In this document: in pieces, positions 45,958 to 56,109 of the stretch
Layout: every line of letters begins with the position of its first letter
How positions within the stretch are numbered: the stretch's first letter is position 1
Source: an uncultured Candidatus Saccharibacteria bacterium
GTDB taxonomy: Bacteria; Patescibacteriota; Minisyncoccia; Phycocordibacterales; UBA2100
Assembly: GCA_964424265.1 (NCBI GenBank)
Contig: CAYRHX010000001.1
Span: 498 to 64,497 of the forward strand
Reading direction: 5' to 3'
DNA: 64,000 nucleotides
Made by a program: the position numbers and the translations under genes
The notes under the pieces: model-generated
Told to the model about the DNA's origin: nothing
Seen by the model: the letters and a program-made list of their open reading frames with translations, nothing else
Database searches by the model: none

Positions 45958-46041
45958 CTGGGAAACCCACGGTTTTCCCAATCCTTCCTCTATGTGAAAA
46001 CAAGATGTTTTCCCGACCTCTTTCTCGTTCGAATCTCTCGC
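45958..46041 (-). other. conserved two-hairpin element (copy B) plus anti-T-arm segment in the tRNA-Ser 3' trailer
   Basis: CTGGGAAACCCACGGTTTTCCCAATCCTTCCTC...GTTTTCCCGACC matches the copy at 32735..32794. GTTCGAATCTCTC (46029..46041) is the exact reverse complement of the tRNA-Ser T-loop/3' T-stem. Confidence 0.6.
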
Positions 46042-46068
46042 TCCACCTTCGTTCACTAGGGTTCACTT

Positions 46069-46153
46069 CGGAGGGTGAGAGATTCGAACTCTCGGTGGGT
46101 TACCCCACACACGCTTTCCAAGCGTGCGCACTAGACCACTATGCGAACCCTCC
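46069..46153 (-). tRNA. tRNA-Ser (anticodon GGA), long variable arm
   Basis: Cloverleaf: GGAGGGT acceptor, anticodon stem CACGC/GCGTG with loop TTGGAAA, variable-arm hairpin GTGGG-TAA-CCCAC, T-arm GAGAG-TTCGAAT-CTCTC, discriminator G. Confidence 0.8.
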
Positions 46154-46196
46154 AAACATGCTTGTTATACCAGAAAGAAACCGCCGCGCACAGTGT

Positions 46197-46694
46197 TCAG
46201 ACTTCCGGATTGCGCATGGCACGCCCCATCGTAGCGCGAAATTGAGCGCGACGCTCTCTGAGACGCTGCTGTCGTTCCACAAATTCGCTGCGCAATTTTC
46301 GCTCGAAGGTAAGAGCCTTTTGGGATGCGATCCACCCGAATGTCGCGAGCACGCCGTTTACGGTGAGCGTGAGACCAAACGCAAGAATAAAGTATGACCC
46401 TGAGACGTCTCGGAGAAAAAGAAAGGCCGGGACGAAGCTCACCATCCCCACCACCACGTCCATGAAGCGATTTTGCGGTGTCTCTTCGATCTTCACCATT
46501 GCCTCCCAAAGCTCATAGGCGACGAGAAGCAGAAAAACGATTATCGACGACTCCCAAAAACCGAAATCAAGAAGCGTGATGGAAAAGGCCATTGAGAGAC
46601 CTGAGAAAAAATGAACGACGCTCCATAGGTCGAGCCATTTCCCTTCCCGCCAAATATCACTGCGCTCAAACTTTCCATCGCGCGTTAGACGCAT
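46197..46694 (-). CDS. hypothetical membrane protein
   Basis: Three or four TM helices and a basic C-terminal tail. Sits 7 nt downstream of htpX. Confidence 0.5.
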   Translation of the reverse strand: MRLTRDGKFERSDIWREGKWLDLWSVVHFFSGLSMAFSITLLDFGFWESSIIVFLLLVAYELWEAMVKIEETPQNRFMDVVVGMVSFVPAFLFLRDVSGSYFILAFGLTLTVNGVLATFGWIASQKALTFERKLRSEFVERQQRLRERRAQFRATMGRAMRNPEV

Positions 46695-46700
46695 ACAGAA

Positions 46701-47591
46701 TTATACGCGCATTCCATGAAGCGCTGCAATACGTTCCTCAACGGGAGGATGCGTGGAGAATATCTTTGCAATAAACTTCCCGGCTTCGTGCGCGCCAAAA
46801 GGATTCGATATGAAGAGATGCGCCGTTGCATGATTGGCACGCTGCATCGGCGCTTTATGGGAAGCGATTTTTTGGAGCGCAGACGCGAGGCCATCGGGGT
46901 AGCGCGTAAGAAGCGCGCCCGATGCATCGGCGAGAAATTCTCGTCTTCGCGATACTGCCATCTGTATGAGTTGGGCCGCAATAGGAGCAAGGACGATAGC
47001 GACGATGCCCGCTACGAGAACAAGTGGATTCTTGTTTTCTCGATCCCCTCCACCGAAGAAACTCATGCGTAAGAAAATATCGGAGACGATCGCGATGAAA
47101 CCCGCAAGCACCACGGCGACAGTCATCACCAAGATGTCTCTGTTGCCAATATGCGAGAGTTCGTGCGCAAGCACTCCTTCAAGCTCGACTCTATCGAGCC
47201 GCGCCAGAAGACCCGTCGTGACGGCAATGACGGCGTGCTTCGCATCCCGCCCCGCAGCAAACGCATTGGGGGCATCATCTTCAATTATATAGACTCTTGG
47301 CTTCGGCAGTCCTGCCGTAATAGCAAGATTCTCGACAAGGCGGTGAAGTTCTAGAAATCGCACAGGATCGGCCTCGTGCGCACCGGACGAAGAGAGAGCG
47401 ATTTTGTCGGAAAACCAGTACGCCGTCACATTCATGATGAGTGAAAACGCGACTGCCCCGTAGAGAATAGCTGAATTCCCATACATCTGTGCGACGACCC
47501 AACCAATCGCAATTACAATGACGAGAAACCCCGTCATCAAAAGCCAGGTCTTGCGAATATTTGCGCCTTGTTGTGTGTAGAGTGATGCCAT
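46701..47591 (-). CDS. htpX: M48 zinc metalloprotease HtpX
   Basis: HELSHIGNRD (HExxH), N-terminal TM helices and the HtpX-like C-terminus. Confidence 0.85.
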   Translation of the reverse strand: MASLYTQQGANIRKTWLLMTGFLVIVIAIGWVVAQMYGNSAILYGAVAFSLIMNVTAYWFSDKIALSSSGAHEADPVRFLELHRLVENLAITAGLPKPRVYIIEDDAPNAFAAGRDAKHAVIAVTTGLLARLDRVELEGVLAHELSHIGNRDILVMTVAVVLAGFIAIVSDIFLRMSFFGGGDRENKNPLVLVAGIVAIVLAPIAAQLIQMAVSRRREFLADASGALLTRYPDGLASALQKIASHKAPMQRANHATAHLFISNPFGAHEAGKFIAKIFSTHPPVEERIAALHGMRV

Positions 47592-47595
47592 ATGT

Positions 47596-48345
47596 TTATT
47601 TCTTGATCTCGTCGACGCGATTTACTGGAAATGATTCATCGATATTACCATCATGTACTGGCCGCGTGATGTAGAGACGTCTTCGCTGCGTATCCAGTAA
47701 CACATCTACTTCCGAAGCCTCTGGATATTTCGGTCCAACAGCAATATGAACCTCGGTACCAAAAACCTCTTTATAAATACTCCCGATACTTCCTACAAGA
47801 TCAACATAATCATCACTCCTGCTTTTGTTAACTCTGCTGACACTGTTATCGTCACCGTGATCCCCTCCAAAAACTAACCCTGAAATGGTTCCTGGTTCAG
47901 CGCGTTCTTTTAAGAGGAGAAAGGATTGACGTAGTGCAGAAAAAAAATCCCCTTCCTTATCTCTCACCAGTACGAATCCCGGATTTTGGTGCGTCAGGAC
48001 CGAAACATTGTGGTGCGACATTCGATCCGTACCAACAACAGCGATGCCGGTACAATTTAAGTAGAAGAAAGAGTGCTTATCACGACTGTTGACGGCAGAA
48101 ATAACATAACTAAATTGCCCACCATTGCGCTGTTGCAGTTGACTCCATTCTGAGGGGGAAGAAAAGAAGTTGACAGGCTCCGCCCCACGAAAAACTATCT
48201 CGAGTTGAGTCCTATCATCCTCCGAAAATGATTCCCATGGGCCAACGCAGGCCGTGAGATCACCTTGTATTATTGCTTGCACTTCTTCCACCCCAACACG
48301 ATCAAGAGTCTTTCCACTTAACGGCCCGAGCGATTCTTGTTTCAC
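47596..48345 (-). CDS. hypothetical cytoplasmic protein (249 aa), unknown family
   Basis: ORF tightly packed between lemA and htpX, with gaps of 2 and 4 nt. No motif I can assign. Confidence 0.5.
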   Translation of the reverse strand: MKQESLGPLSGKTLDRVGVEEVQAIIQGDLTACVGPWESFSEDDRTQLEIVFRGAEPVNFFSSPSEWSQLQQRNGGQFSYVISAVNSRDKHSFFYLNCTGIAVVGTDRMSHHNVSVLTHQNPGFVLVRDKEGDFFSALRQSFLLLKERAEPGTISGLVFGGDHGDDNSVSRVNKSRSDDYVDLVGSIGSIYKEVFGTEVHIAVGPKYPEASEVDVLLDTQRRRLYITRPVHDGNIDESFPVNRVDEIKK

Positions 48346-48347
48346 AC

Positions 48348-48908
48348 TCAGAATGTTACTTTTACTGGCTGGCGCGCAACCTCCTCACCTTCCGCAAGCT
48401 GGAAGAATTCGCGCGTCTTGAATCCGAAGGTGTTGCCGACAAAATTGGACGGGAATTGCTCGAGTGCATTCTGCAGCTCTTGCACGACGGTATTGTAGAA
48501 GCGACGCGATGCTTGGATTTTATTTTCAGTGTCCGAGAGCTCGCGCTGGAGCTCGACGAAATTGGAATTTGCTTTCAGATCAGGATACGCTTCGGAGACA
48601 GCAAAGAGCGACTTGAGTGCTCCGGTGAGCATGTTTTCTGCTTGCGCGTGTTCAGCGACCGTTTGCGCTCCCATCGCCTGTGTACGAGCGTCTGTCACTT
48701 TCTGCAACGTGCCCGCCTCGTGCGCCGCATAGCCCTTCACCGTATTTACAAGATTCGGAATCAAATCGTACCGACGCTTCATTTGTACTTCAATATCCGA
48801 CCACGCCTCTTCGCAGCGATTAGTGAGACGCACAAAACGGTTGTAGGCCCAAATCGCCCATACAACGACCGCGGCTGCAACTCCCAATACAATAAGTGAT
48901 GTATTCAT
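48348..48908 (-). CDS. lemA: LemA family protein
   Basis: N-terminal TM helix and the LemA pattern (NRFVRLTNRCEEAWSDIEVQMKRRYDLIPNLV). Confidence 0.8.
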   Translation of the reverse strand: MNTSLIVLGVAAAVVVWAIWAYNRFVRLTNRCEEAWSDIEVQMKRRYDLIPNLVNTVKGYAAHEAGTLQKVTDARTQAMGAQTVAEHAQAENMLTGALKSLFAVSEAYPDLKANSNFVELQRELSDTENKIQASRRFYNTVVQELQNALEQFPSNFVGNTFGFKTREFFQLAEGEEVARQPVKVTF

Positions 48909-48944
48909 GCGAGAATTATATCACCTCCTGCCTTGATTGCACGC

Positions 48945-48988
48945 AAACGGCCGCCCCAAGAAAGATCCTGGGGCGGCCGTGTTTTGAT
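48945..48988 (-). terminator. rho-independent terminator of groESL
   Basis: CGGCCGCCCCA...TGGGGCGGCCG hairpin with flanking U-rich sequence. Confidence 0.6.
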
Positions 48989-49010
48989 GATTGCTTTCCT
49001 TGAAGTGCGA

Positions 49011-50666
49011 TTACATCATGTCATCGCCCCCCATACCACCTCCCATACCCCCAGGAGCAGCCTTTTTGTCCTCTGGGATATCAGCAACGGCAGCTTCCGT
49101 CGTGAGAAGCACCGCAGCCGCGGAAGCTGCGTTTTCTACACAGCTCCGCGTGACTTTGACTGGATCGAGGATTCCCGCTTCGTACATATCGACAATGGAT
49201 TCCTCCTCAAATTCCGCAGCCGCATTAAAGCCGAAGCTTCCCCCCTTTTTGACTACTTCTTGCAATACAACAGCTCCGTCTTCTCGACCCGCATTGCGCA
49301 CAATTTGCAAGAGCGGCGCTGAAAGTGCGGAAACGAGAATGCGGTAACCCACCGTGTGTTCATCGTGCGCGTTTGCGTCGATTTTCTTGGCGAGCTTTGC
49401 ACCCACTTTCGCAAGCGCGGCGCCTCCACCAGGAACGATGCCTTCTGCAATTGCGGCCTTGGTCGCATTGACCGCATCTTCGATTTTGTCTTTCAAATAT
49501 TTCATCTCGGTCTCGGTGGCCGCGCCGACGCGAATGACAGCGACGCCGCCCGAGAGTTTCGCGACACGTTCCTCCAACTTCTCTTTGTCAAACTTTGAAT
49601 CGCTGTTTGCAGCTTGTGTGCGCAACTGAGCAACACGCGCTTCTATATCGGATTTCTTGCCTTTGCCACCCACGATGACGGTCGATTCCTTGGTAGCGAC
49701 GACGCGCTGCGCGCGACCGAGCATATTCAACTCAGCGTTTTCAAGCTTGATCCCTAGATCTTCGGAAACAACGGTGCCGCCTACCGTAATAGCAATGTCC
49801 GCGAGCATCTCCTTCTTTCGATCACCATATCCCGGCGCCTTGACCGCAAGCACATTGAAGGCGCCGCGGAGCTTGTTGACCACGAATGTCGCAAGCGCTT
49901 CTCCGTCCACGTCTTCTGCAATGATCACGAGGTCCTTCTTTCCAGTCTGCGCGACCTTCTCAAGAAGCGGCAAAATATCTTTGATTGTAGAAATCTTCTT
50001 GTCCGTGATGAGTATGGGTGCGTCTTTCATCTCGGATTCCATACGCTCGGCATTGGTGACCATGTATGCGGAGACATATCCTTTGTCGAATTCCATTCCC
50101 TCGACGAAGTCCGATTCAATGCCAAACGAGTGTGACTCCTCAACGGTGACAACGCCATCCTTACCAACCTTCTCGACGATATCAGCGATTGTTTTTCCCA
50201 ACTCTTCTGATTCTGCAGAAATAGTTGCGACTTGCCTGATGTCGTTCTTGCCTTTTACCTCGCGAGACATCTTCTTGAGCTCATCCACCGCATCTTTGGC
50301 GGCAGCCTCAATCCCGCGACGAACCATCATGCCATTGGCACCAAGCGCCGTGCGCTTGAGCCCTTCGTGAATGATCGCTTGCGTGAGCACCACCGCGGTC
50401 GTCGTACCGTCGCCCGCCTTATCGTTGGTCTTCGTCGCGACTTCTTTCACGATCGACGCTCCCATGTCTTCGAATTTGTCGGCAAGCGTGATCTCTTTTG
50501 CGATAGATACACCGTCGTTGGTGATGGTCGGGCCTCCCCACGACTTCGAGAGCGCGACATTGCGACCCTTCGGCCCAAGCGTCACCTTCACTGCTCCCGC
50601 GACCACATCTACTCCACGCTTAAGTGCGGTTCGGAGCTCTTGATCAAAAATAACTTGTTTTGCCAT
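49011..50666 (-). CDS. groL: chaperonin GroEL
   Basis: 551 aa with [20 protein letters not shown] and a C-terminal GGM repeat. Confidence 0.95.
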   Translation of the reverse strand: MAKQVIFDQELRTALKRGVDVVAGAVKVTLGPKGRNVALSKSWGGPTITNDGVSIAKEITLADKFEDMGASIVKEVATKTNDKAGDGTTTAVVLTQAIIHEGLKRTALGANGMMVRRGIEAAAKDAVDELKKMSREVKGKNDIRQVATISAESEELGKTIADIVEKVGKDGVVTVEESHSFGIESDFVEGMEFDKGYVSAYMVTNAERMESEMKDAPILITDKKISTIKDILPLLEKVAQTGKKDLVIIAEDVDGEALATFVVNKLRGAFNVLAVKAPGYGDRKKEMLADIAITVGGTVVSEDLGIKLENAELNMLGRAQRVVATKESTVIVGGKGKKSDIEARVAQLRTQAANSDSKFDKEKLEERVAKLSGGVAVIRVGAATETEMKYLKDKIEDAVNATKAAIAEGIVPGGGAALAKVGAKLAKKIDANAHDEHTVGYRILVSALSAPLLQIVRNAGREDGAVVLQEVVKKGGSFGFNAAAEFEEESIVDMYEAGILDPVKVTRSCVENAASAAAVLLTTEAAVADIPEDKKAAPGGMGGGMGGDDMM

Positions 50667-50712
50667 AAAAATAGTTTGTAGTTTTTAGTTGATAGTTTTT
50701 AGTGAATACAAG

Positions 50713-51039
50713 CTACTTAATCACGGCGAGGATGTCGCTTTCGTGAACGAGGAAATATTCTTCTTCCTTTTCTAATCCAGGGACTTCGTTGTCCCACCCT
50801 GCATTAAAGAATACTTTCGCTCCCACCTTCACCGTCATCGGGATCAAATCTCCTTCATCGCCGTATTTTCCAGGACCCACGGCGAGTACAACGCCCCGCT
50901 TTGATTTTTCTTTCTGCGCGGTGTCCGGAATAATAATTCCTGATGGCGACTTCTGGTCCGCCGCATCCTCGCGCTTCACAAGCACTCGGTCGCCGAGTGG
51001 CTGAATAGTAACCTTCGAATTTTTTGAGTCTTTACTCAT
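50713..51039 (-). CDS. groS: co-chaperonin GroES
   Basis: IQPLGDRVLVKRED...GIIIPDTAQEK. Length 108 aa. Confidence 0.9.
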   Translation of the reverse strand: MSKDSKNSKVTIQPLGDRVLVKREDAADQKSPSGIIIPDTAQKEKSKRGVVLAVGPGKYGDEGDLIPMTVKVGAKVFFNAGWDNEVPGLEKEEEYFLVHESDILAVIK

Positions 51040-51241
51040 ATGTTTTATATAAACGAATAATAATGTGGTTGTCGAATTAGTGTTCGACGGGGGTTACGAT
51101 CCACAACACATCGAAGATCGCAAACCGAGGGGTCAAATATAGCCGAACCATCCCTGCACCGCAACTTGACGAGTCAACATTCACAACGCATTGTGCTATG
51201 ACCCATTGATCAAACCATTCCAACGTGGTAGCATCGCGTGG

Positions 51242-51475
51242 ATGGTTTTGCTCCAGCAGATGTTGCCCTTCGTGCAAATAGGCCTTTCGGCCCTTCTTAT
51301 TGTTGCAATTCTCTTGCAGCGAACGGGCGCTTCGCTCGGCGGCGCGTTCGGAGCAGATAATTTCAGCTCTGGTTTCCACACGCGGCGCGGGTTGGAGAAG
51401 ACCCTCTTTCACGCAAGTATCGTACTTGGTATACTGTTTGGGATTTCGGCATTGATCAATCTTGTTATTAGCTAA
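51242..51475 (+). CDS. secG: preprotein translocase subunit SecG
   Basis: LLIVAILLQRTGASLGGAFGADNFSSGFHTRRGLEKTLFHASIVLGILF matches the SecG pattern. I chose the internal start MVLLQQ; the track ORF starts at 51191. Confidence 0.7.
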   Translation: MVLLQQMLPFVQIGLSALLIVAILLQRTGASLGGAFGADNFSSGFHTRRGLEKTLFHASIVLGILFGISALINLVIS

Positions 51476-51539
51476 GCCGCATCGGCGGGCCGTCCGCCAG
51501 CTGGCGGACCGCGGTTTCTGTAATCGCGCTTAAAGCGCT

Positions 51540-53330
51540 ATGGATCTTGATTCTTATTTCGAAAAACTCGTAAGACCACGCACCGCCTCTCGACTTAGCT
51601 TTCTCGAGGCAATTTTACGCACGTTCACACCAGGTGAGCGGTTCATCCTCTATGCATTCACTGTCCTCCTCGGAACATCCGCAGTCGCCCTGATCATCGG
51701 GCTCAACACATCAGTCTCGGTAAGCGTCCCTACCTATGGTGGCACGCTTGTCGAGGGGGAAATTGGTTCCGCACGGTTCATTAACCCCGTCCTAACGCTC
51801 TCACAGCCCGATGAAGATCTGTCAGCGCTTGTGTATTCCGGGCTCACCAGAATGCGACCAGACGGCACCGTCGCACCCGATCTCGCAAGCCAGTACACTA
51901 TATCTCCGGACGGAACAACATACACTTTCAAAATCCGCACGAATGCCATTTTTCACGATAAGAAGCCCGTTACTGCCTCTGATGTGATCTTTACGGTTGA
52001 AGCGGTCCAAAATCCTGAGATAAAGAGCCCGCACCGATCCGATTGGGAAGGCGTTGAGGTATCGTCGCCAGACCCTTATACAGTTGTCTTCAAACTCCCT
52101 CACGCATACACTCCGTTTATAGAAAACACGACCCTTGGGATACTTCCTAAGCACATGTGGGACAATGTGTCATCGGAAGAATTTCCTTTTAGCCTCGGCA
52201 ACACTCGCCCAATTGGAAGCGGTCCGTATCGTGTGACACGTACCGATACCGATGCCACTGGTACGGCGATTCGTTACGATCTAGCCCCATTTTCCAAATA
52301 CGCGCTCGGAAAACCATTCCTCAAACGAATCACCTTTATGTTCTATCCGAATCAAGCAGCAATGGCAGCTGCATTTGATGCGGGCGAGATTGACGCAATG
52401 GCGGGCATAGCGCCGCAAGAACTCGCCAAGATTTCTCGCGATGACATACGTGTTGCCCACGTCGCGTTGCCCCGCATATTTGGCGTTTTCTTCAATCAAA
52501 GCCACGCCCCCGTGCTCGCCGACTCCTCCGTCCGTGGGGCGCTTCTTGCGTCAGTCGATAAAACGGAAATCATTCGCCGGGTGCTGAGCGAATACGCCGT
52601 ACCCTTAGAGGGGGCGATCCCGCCCGGCGTGAATGGAACAATGGAGCCTGCAGTTCCTCTCGCCCATGTTGCAAACATGTCGACAAGTACTGATATCTCT
52701 ATCGATGCATCCCGTGCAGACAGAGCGCGCGCGATTCTCGCGCGCGGCGGCTGGAAATTTGACGAGGCTGCCGGAATATGGAAAAAGAAAAAGCTCGAGC
52801 TTTCTTTCTCGCTCGCTACAGCTGACGAGCCGGAATTGGTAGCTACCGCCAACGCGCTCGCGAAATATTGGCGTGCAGCGGGAATAAAAGTAGCAATACA
52901 AATATATCCACTGTCGGAGCTCAACACCAACGTAATAAGACCGCGCGCATATGATGCGATCCTCTTCGGAGAAGTAGTGGGCCGCACCGCGGACCTCTTT
53001 GCATTTTGGCATTCTTCTCAGCGCAACGATCCCGGGCTCAACCTCGCTATGTATGCAAATTCAAAAGTCGACACGGTGCTCGCTCAGGCGCGGGCTACAA
53101 CAGATTCAAAGCAGCGCGAAAAACTTTATACGCAATTCAATACTGAGATTGAGAAGGATGTCCCTGCAATATTCTTGTATGCGCCGGAATTTATATATAT
53201 TGTCCCAAATGCAGTTCAAGGAATCAAGCTTGGCGCGCTCTCGACGCCCTCCGAACGATTTTTGAACGTGCATGAGTGGTACACCGACACCGAGCGCGTA
53301 TGGAGCATATTTACTAACGCTATAAATTAA
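51540..53330 (+). CDS. membrane-anchored ABC transporter substrate-binding protein, family 5 (oligopeptide/dipeptide-binding-like)
   Basis: N-terminal signal-anchor and an SBP_bac_5-like pattern across about 550 aa. No permease or ATPase genes lie adjacent in the window. Confidence 0.65.
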   Translation: MDLDSYFEKLVRPRTASRLSFLEAILRTFTPGERFILYAFTVLLGTSAVALIIGLNTSVSVSVPTYGGTLVEGEIGSARFINPVLTLSQPDEDLSALVYSGLTRMRPDGTVAPDLASQYTISPDGTTYTFKIRTNAIFHDKKPVTASDVIFTVEAVQNPEIKSPHRSDWEGVEVSSPDPYTVVFKLPHAYTPFIENTTLGILPKHMWDNVSSEEFPFSLGNTRPIGSGPYRVTRTDTDATGTAIRYDLAPFSKYALGKPFLKRITFMFYPNQAAMAAAFDAGEIDAMAGIAPQELAKISRDDIRVAHVALPRIFGVFFNQSHAPVLADSSVRGALLASVDKTEIIRRVLSEYAVPLEGAIPPGVNGTMEPAVPLAHVANMSTSTDISIDASRADRARAILARGGWKFDEAAGIWKKKKLELSFSLATADEPELVATANALAKYWRAAGIKVAIQIYPLSELNTNVIRPRAYDAILFGEVVGRTADLFAFWHSSQRNDPGLNLAMYANSKVDTVLAQARATTDSKQREKLYTQFNTEIEKDVPAIFLYAPEFIYIVPNAVQGIKLGALSTPSERFLNVHEWYTDTERVWSIFTNAIN

Positions 53331-53353
53331 TTAACAGATCTCACAGAAAAGAT

Positions 53354-55273
53354 ATGGAACCCCAGAAAGACAGTGCCCAGACCTCGAGCGGAAGCTCAAA
53401 TCCTCGCCCAGAAACACCGCGTCCCGGCACGCCGCATCACGCCCGGCCAGGAGGACGACCGCCGCAGCGCACGGGAAGACCCGGGCAAGGTGGCGCTCGA
53501 CGCTTCGGAAGGCCGAGCCACCCACCGCGTCGAGGCAAATCTCGAGTGGAACATCAACAACCCTCCCAGCGCAAACAAGTAAGCGCGCCAATCCCTCCAC
53601 CTGCAGCCGACACTGTCCGCATCATTCCTCTCGGTGGCGTTGAAGAGATCGGTCGCAACATGACTGCCGTTGAGTTTGGCAACGACATCTTCATCCTCGA
53701 TTGCGGATTTGCCTTCAGCGAGGAGGATACGCCGGGTATCGACTATATTTTGCCAAATACGGGCTATCTAGAGGAGCGGCGGGATAAAATCCGTGGACTC
53801 CTCATCTCACACGGTCACCTCGATCACATCGGGGGCATTCCTTACATCATTGATCGCGTAGGGAACCCAACGATCTACACTCGCAAGCTCACTGGCATGA
53901 TGATCAAAAAACGACAAGAAGAATTCACGCAAACATCTCCTGTGCAAATTCGCGAAGTCGAACGAGATGAGGTCATAAAACTTGGGGCTGCGACTATTCG
54001 TTTCTTTGGCGTCACCCACACGGTGCCCGATTCCATGGGAATCATCATCGAGACACCGTATGGCGATGTGGTTTTCACAGGCGACATCAAGCTCAACCAT
54101 CTCAATGGAGAACCATCTGATGAAGAAAAAAGAGAGTTCAGTATTTTCAAAAATCGAAAGGTACTCGCTCTTCTCATGGACTCCACGAACGTGTGGCAAC
54201 CTGGCTTCTCCATCCCAGAATCTGTCGTTTACACAACTCTCGAGGGCGTCGTCCGCGATGCAAAAGGCCGCCTCATTATCGCCATGTTCGCCTCCCATCT
54301 CGAGCGCCTCATCCGCGTTGTACATTTCGCCGAACAATATGGCAAAAAGATCGTCATCGATGGGCGCTCGATGCGCACCAACATCGAGATCGCGCGTGAA
54401 ATCGCACTCATTAAATACAAAGATGATACGGTGATTGCCGTTGAGAACATCGCTCAGTACCCGCCCGAAAGAATCATCATCTTGGCGACAGGAGCTCAGG
54501 GCGATGAATTTGCCTCCCTCGCGCGCATCGGCAACAAATCCCATAAGCACATCCGGCTCCAGCCGAGCGACACGGTGGTGCTCTCATCGTCCGTCATTCC
54601 AGGCAACGAACGCGCTGTACAAAAACTCAAAGACAATCTCTCCCGACAGGGGGCACACATCATCACCTACCACGCCTCAGACGTGCACGCCTCGGGTCAC
54701 GGAAACCGTGAAGAAGCGGCGTGGATCCATAGCCAGATCAAACCAAAGTTCTTCATTCCCGTGCACGGATACCACTACATGCTTCGAGTCCACGGAGACC
54801 TCGCGGTCGAAATGGGCGTAAAACCCGAGAACATCGCGATTCCTGACAACGGCTCAATCATTGACATCAAAGCGGGTGAGAAAATCTCGAAACTTGCATC
54901 GAAGGCACCTTCCGAACTACGCGTCGTAGAAGGACAGACGGTTTCTGAGCTCTCCGACGTCTTGATGCGCGACAGAAAAGCGCTTGGCCAAGAGGGGTTT
55001 TGTGTCGTCGTCGCCACTGTCGATAGGCGCAGTGGAAAGCTACACAAATCTCCCGACATTATCTCTCGCGGATTCGTGTACTTGAGAGACAACAAAGACC
55101 TCATGGATCAGACGCGGCTCATCATCCGAAAAAGCGTTGAAACATCGCTGCGGAATCCACGTGCAGCTGATCTGGATATCGCGCGCGAAGAGTTGGCAGA
55201 TTCCGTCGCCCAATTCCTCCTCCAGCGAACGATGAAACGACCCATCGTCATTCCGGTTATCGTTTCGATCTAA
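53354..55273 (+). CDS. rnj: ribonuclease J (metallo-beta-lactamase / beta-CASP) with Arg/Pro/Gly-rich N-terminal extension
   Basis: HGHLDHIGG and the beta-CASP and C-terminal domains. The first roughly 85 aa (PRPETPRPGTPHHARPGGRPPQRTGRPGQGGARRFGRP...) are low-complexity and basic. Confidence 0.85.
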   Translation: MEPQKDSAQTSSGSSNPRPETPRPGTPHHARPGGRPPQRTGRPGQGGARRFGRPSHPPRRGKSRVEHQQPSQRKQVSAPIPPPAADTVRIIPLGGVEEIGRNMTAVEFGNDIFILDCGFAFSEEDTPGIDYILPNTGYLEERRDKIRGLLISHGHLDHIGGIPYIIDRVGNPTIYTRKLTGMMIKKRQEEFTQTSPVQIREVERDEVIKLGAATIRFFGVTHTVPDSMGIIIETPYGDVVFTGDIKLNHLNGEPSDEEKREFSIFKNRKVLALLMDSTNVWQPGFSIPESVVYTTLEGVVRDAKGRLIIAMFASHLERLIRVVHFAEQYGKKIVIDGRSMRTNIEIAREIALIKYKDDTVIAVENIAQYPPERIIILATGAQGDEFASLARIGNKSHKHIRLQPSDTVVLSSSVIPGNERAVQKLKDNLSRQGAHIITYHASDVHASGHGNREEAAWIHSQIKPKFFIPVHGYHYMLRVHGDLAVEMGVKPENIAIPDNGSIIDIKAGEKISKLASKAPSELRVVEGQTVSELSDVLMRDRKALGQEGFCVVVATVDRRSGKLHKSPDIISRGFVYLRDNKDLMDQTRLIIRKSVETSLRNPRAADLDIAREELADSVAQFLLQRTMKRPIVIPVIVSI

Positions 55274-55281
55274 AAAGCGTA

Positions 55282-56109
55282 TCAAGAAATCCTCCACTTC
55301 CCTTTTCTCTTCACCACCAATCCGTCTCGCTCCAATCCCTCAATCGCCACCTCAAACTTGTTTTTATAACGACCTCGTAGGTCGTTAATATTTTCTTCCC
55401 GAGATAACGCTCTCAAGATCGCCCCGCGGACTTGGCGAAGCGAGCCGTCGAATCTGGATTGACGTACGTGGTGCGCGCTTTTGCGTGCTGGATTTTTGTG
55501 AAGCTTCTTAATATGTACTCCATAATCCATCAGAGCCCAGTGCCACTCCCGTGGATCTTGCCACCTCGCAGCTTTCTCAACATACATACGAAGCACACGA
55601 TCGTGGGTCTTGTATGTGTGTGGGAAAAAATGATGGATGACGGCGGCGCGGATGTTGGTTTCGATAAGAGTGTCGGGCTCGTTAAAGGCGAACATTCGCA
55701 CGGCTCCAGCAGTATATTCCCCAACGCCAGGAAGGACGCGCAGAGCGGCCAAATCCCGCGGGATTTGGCCGCCGCTTTTCTTGGCAAGAATCTTCGCGGT
55801 GTCGTGCAAATATTTTGCACGGCGATTGTATCCGAGCCCACTCCACGCTTTCAGCACCTCCGCAAGAGGTGCGCGGGCAAGCGCGCGAATGGTCGGAAAT
55901 GCCCTTAAAAACTCCCAATACTTTTCTGTCACACGCGACACCTGTGTCTGTTGCAACATTACTTCCGATACGAGAATTCGGTACGGATCCCTGGTCTTCC
56001 GCCACAGCAAATCATGCCGCCCGTATTGTTTCCAATATCTCCATACCGCAGTCCTGAATGCGCGGATGCGCGCATCAGAGCTCATACACCACATCCTTCC
56101 GCTCGACAA
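55282..56109 (-). CDS. HhH-GPD family DNA glycosylase (MutY/EndoIII-like)
   Basis: LVSEVMLQQTQVSRV...LPGVGEYTAGAVRMFAF (HhH-GPD). No obvious 4Cys cluster. Confidence 0.7.
   Translation of the reverse strand: MSSGRMWCMSSDARIRAFRTAVWRYWKQYGRHDLLWRKTRDPYRILVSEVMLQQTQVSRVTEKYWEFLRAFPTIRALARAPLAEVLKAWSGLGYNRRAKYLHDTAKILAKKSGGQIPRDLAALRVLPGVGEYTAGAVRMFAFNEPDTLIETNIRAAVIHHFFPHTYKTHDRVLRMYVEKAARWQDPREWHWALMDYGVHIKKLHKNPARKSAHHVRQSRFDGSLRQVRGAILRALSREENINDLRGRYKNKFEVAIEGLERDGLVVKRKGKWRIS

Noticed and set aside
51040-51190. CIRCE (HrcA) operator upstream of groES
   Set aside because: No match to TTAGCACTC-N9-GAGTGCTAA could be found. The inverted repeat present has different half-sites.
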